From Candidatus Altarchaeum sp. (GTDB lineage Archaea > Altiarchaeota > Altiarchaeia > Altiarchaeales > Altiarchaeaceae): a stretch of 14,764 bases of DNA. The first letter of the stretch is position 1, and every line of letters starts with the position of its first letter. Shown in pieces: positions 13,665 to 14,764 of this stretch. The notes below the pieces were generated by a model. The model was given only the letters and a program-made list of their open reading frames with translations. It did not search any database and had not been told where the DNA came from. Where the stretch lies: the NCBI GenBank assembly GCA_018260615.1, contig JAGWDQ010000012.1, positions 1-14,764 on the forward strand. Direction: 5' to 3'. The position numbers were made by a program, and so were the translations under genes.

Positions 13665-14754
13665 AATAAATTTTCATATTTGCCAGATTTTTTGCAACAT
13701 CGCTGAATACGGTTGGAATAATTTTTCTTTTATTTATATTTTTTACGCTGTTCGCTATTGTTTCGGCAGCAGAAATTTCCATATCCGGGGTAATCTTTCT
13801 TATTCTGTTTTTAAGTAAAAATTTCATAAACCCCGGAAATACAACCGCATTATTAATCTGATTTGGAAAATCACTCCTGCCGGTTGCTATAATTCCGACA
13901 TTATCCAAATTTTTTATTTCATCCGGAAATATTTCGGGAATTGGATTTGTAAGAGCAAAAACAATTGCCTGTTTATTCATTTGCTTTATATCTTCTTTTT
14001 TGATTAAATTTCCAACTCCGCTGACACCAATAAAAACATCCGCACCGCTCAGGCATTCTTTTAAATTTCCCCTTAAATTTCCCTTGTTTGTTTGCATGGC
14101 AATTTCTTCCTTAAATTTATTCAGGTCAGTTCTTCCATTATGAATTGCTCCTTTTGAATCAGTGACTATTATATTTTTGAATCCGTAAGCAAGTAAAAGT
14201 TTTGTTATGCCTATACCCGCAGAGCCGCATCCGGCAATGCAAATTTTTACATTCCTGTCTTTTTTTAAAATTTTTAGGGCGTTTATTAAGCCGGCAAGAG
14301 TTATGATGGCAGTTCCCTGCTGGTCATCATGAAATACAGGAATATCTGATGTTTTGATTAGTTCTTCATAAATTTCAAGTGCCTTCGGACTTTCTATATC
14401 TTCCAGATTTATCCCGCCGAATGACGGAGAAATTGCTTTAATTACATTTATAATTTCCGCTTTGTTTTGTGTTGCTAACGATATGGGAATTGCATCAACA
14501 TCTCCGAATTGCTTGTAAATTAATGACTTGCTTTCCATAACAGGAATTCCCGCATATTTTCCTATATTTCCTAATCCCAGAATTCTTGAACCGTCTGTTA
14601 CTATTGCTATTAAATTTCTCTTTGAAGTGTATTTATCAACCAAAGTTTCATTTTTCTTTATTTCAAGACAGACATCTGCAATTCCGGGAGTATAAAGCAT
14701 TGCCAGGTCCCTTTTGCTTTTTAAATTTTTACGCTTTAATTCAATCTTTCTCAT
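13627..14754 (-). CDS. mae: NAD(P)-dependent malic enzyme, short type without PTA domain; true start may lie upstream of the window
   Basis: YTPGIA, IVTDGSRILGLGNIG, GGINLEDI, FHDDQQGTA, GCGSAG (dinucleotide fold), DSKG, NPIPEI, ATGRSDFPNQINN. The frame is open from the ATG to the window edge (T-N-L before M). Confidence 0.95.
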   Translation of the reverse strand: MRKIELKRKNLKSKRDLAMLYTPGIADVCLEIKKNETLVDKYTSKRNLIAIVTDGSRILGLGNIGKYAGIPVMESKSLIYKQFGDVDAIPISLATQNKAEIINVIKAISPSFGGINLEDIESPKALEIYEELIKTSDIPVFHDDQQGTAIITLAGLINALKILKKDRNVKICIAGCGSAGIGITKLLLAYGFKNIIVTDSKGAIHNGRTDLNKFKEEIAMQTNKGNLRGNLKECLSGADVFIGVSGVGNLIKKEDIKQMNKQAIVFALTNPIPEIFPDEIKNLDNVGIIATGRSDFPNQINNAVVFPGFMKFLLKNRIRKITPDMEISAAETIANSVKNINKRKIIPTVFSDVAKNLANMKIYSNQINSYLDHTF

Positions 14755-14764
14755 AAGATTTGTT

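Overview
AT-rich prokaryotic chromosomal window (roughly one-third GC by eye), most likely archaeal. The gene content, lack of obvious Shine-Dalgarno motifs and palindromic intergenic repeats suggest an Altiarchaeota-like organism, but that assignment is inference. Left to right: a cluster of REP-like hairpins; a B12-binding radical SAM enzyme (Ta0216/TIGR04190-like); a palindrome-rich intergenic region with an unannotated 53-aa antitoxin-like ORF; a PfkB kinase and trpB (minus strand, no trpA nearby); a membrane-anchored exported protein divergent from a secreted transglutaminase-like protein with a C-terminal dockerin; a YfcE-type metallophosphoesterase; an AEC-family transporter; a 1124-aa protein with eight CBS domains, two of them split by large insertions; a small DUF835/KaiC-like protein; and an NAD(P)-dependent malic enzyme. 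No rRNA, tRNA, CRISPR array, transposase or integrase was found. The strongest novelty candidates are the split-CBS giant plus its KaiC-like partner, the transglutaminase-dockerin surface module, and the hairpin+TCCGAAC repeat family.
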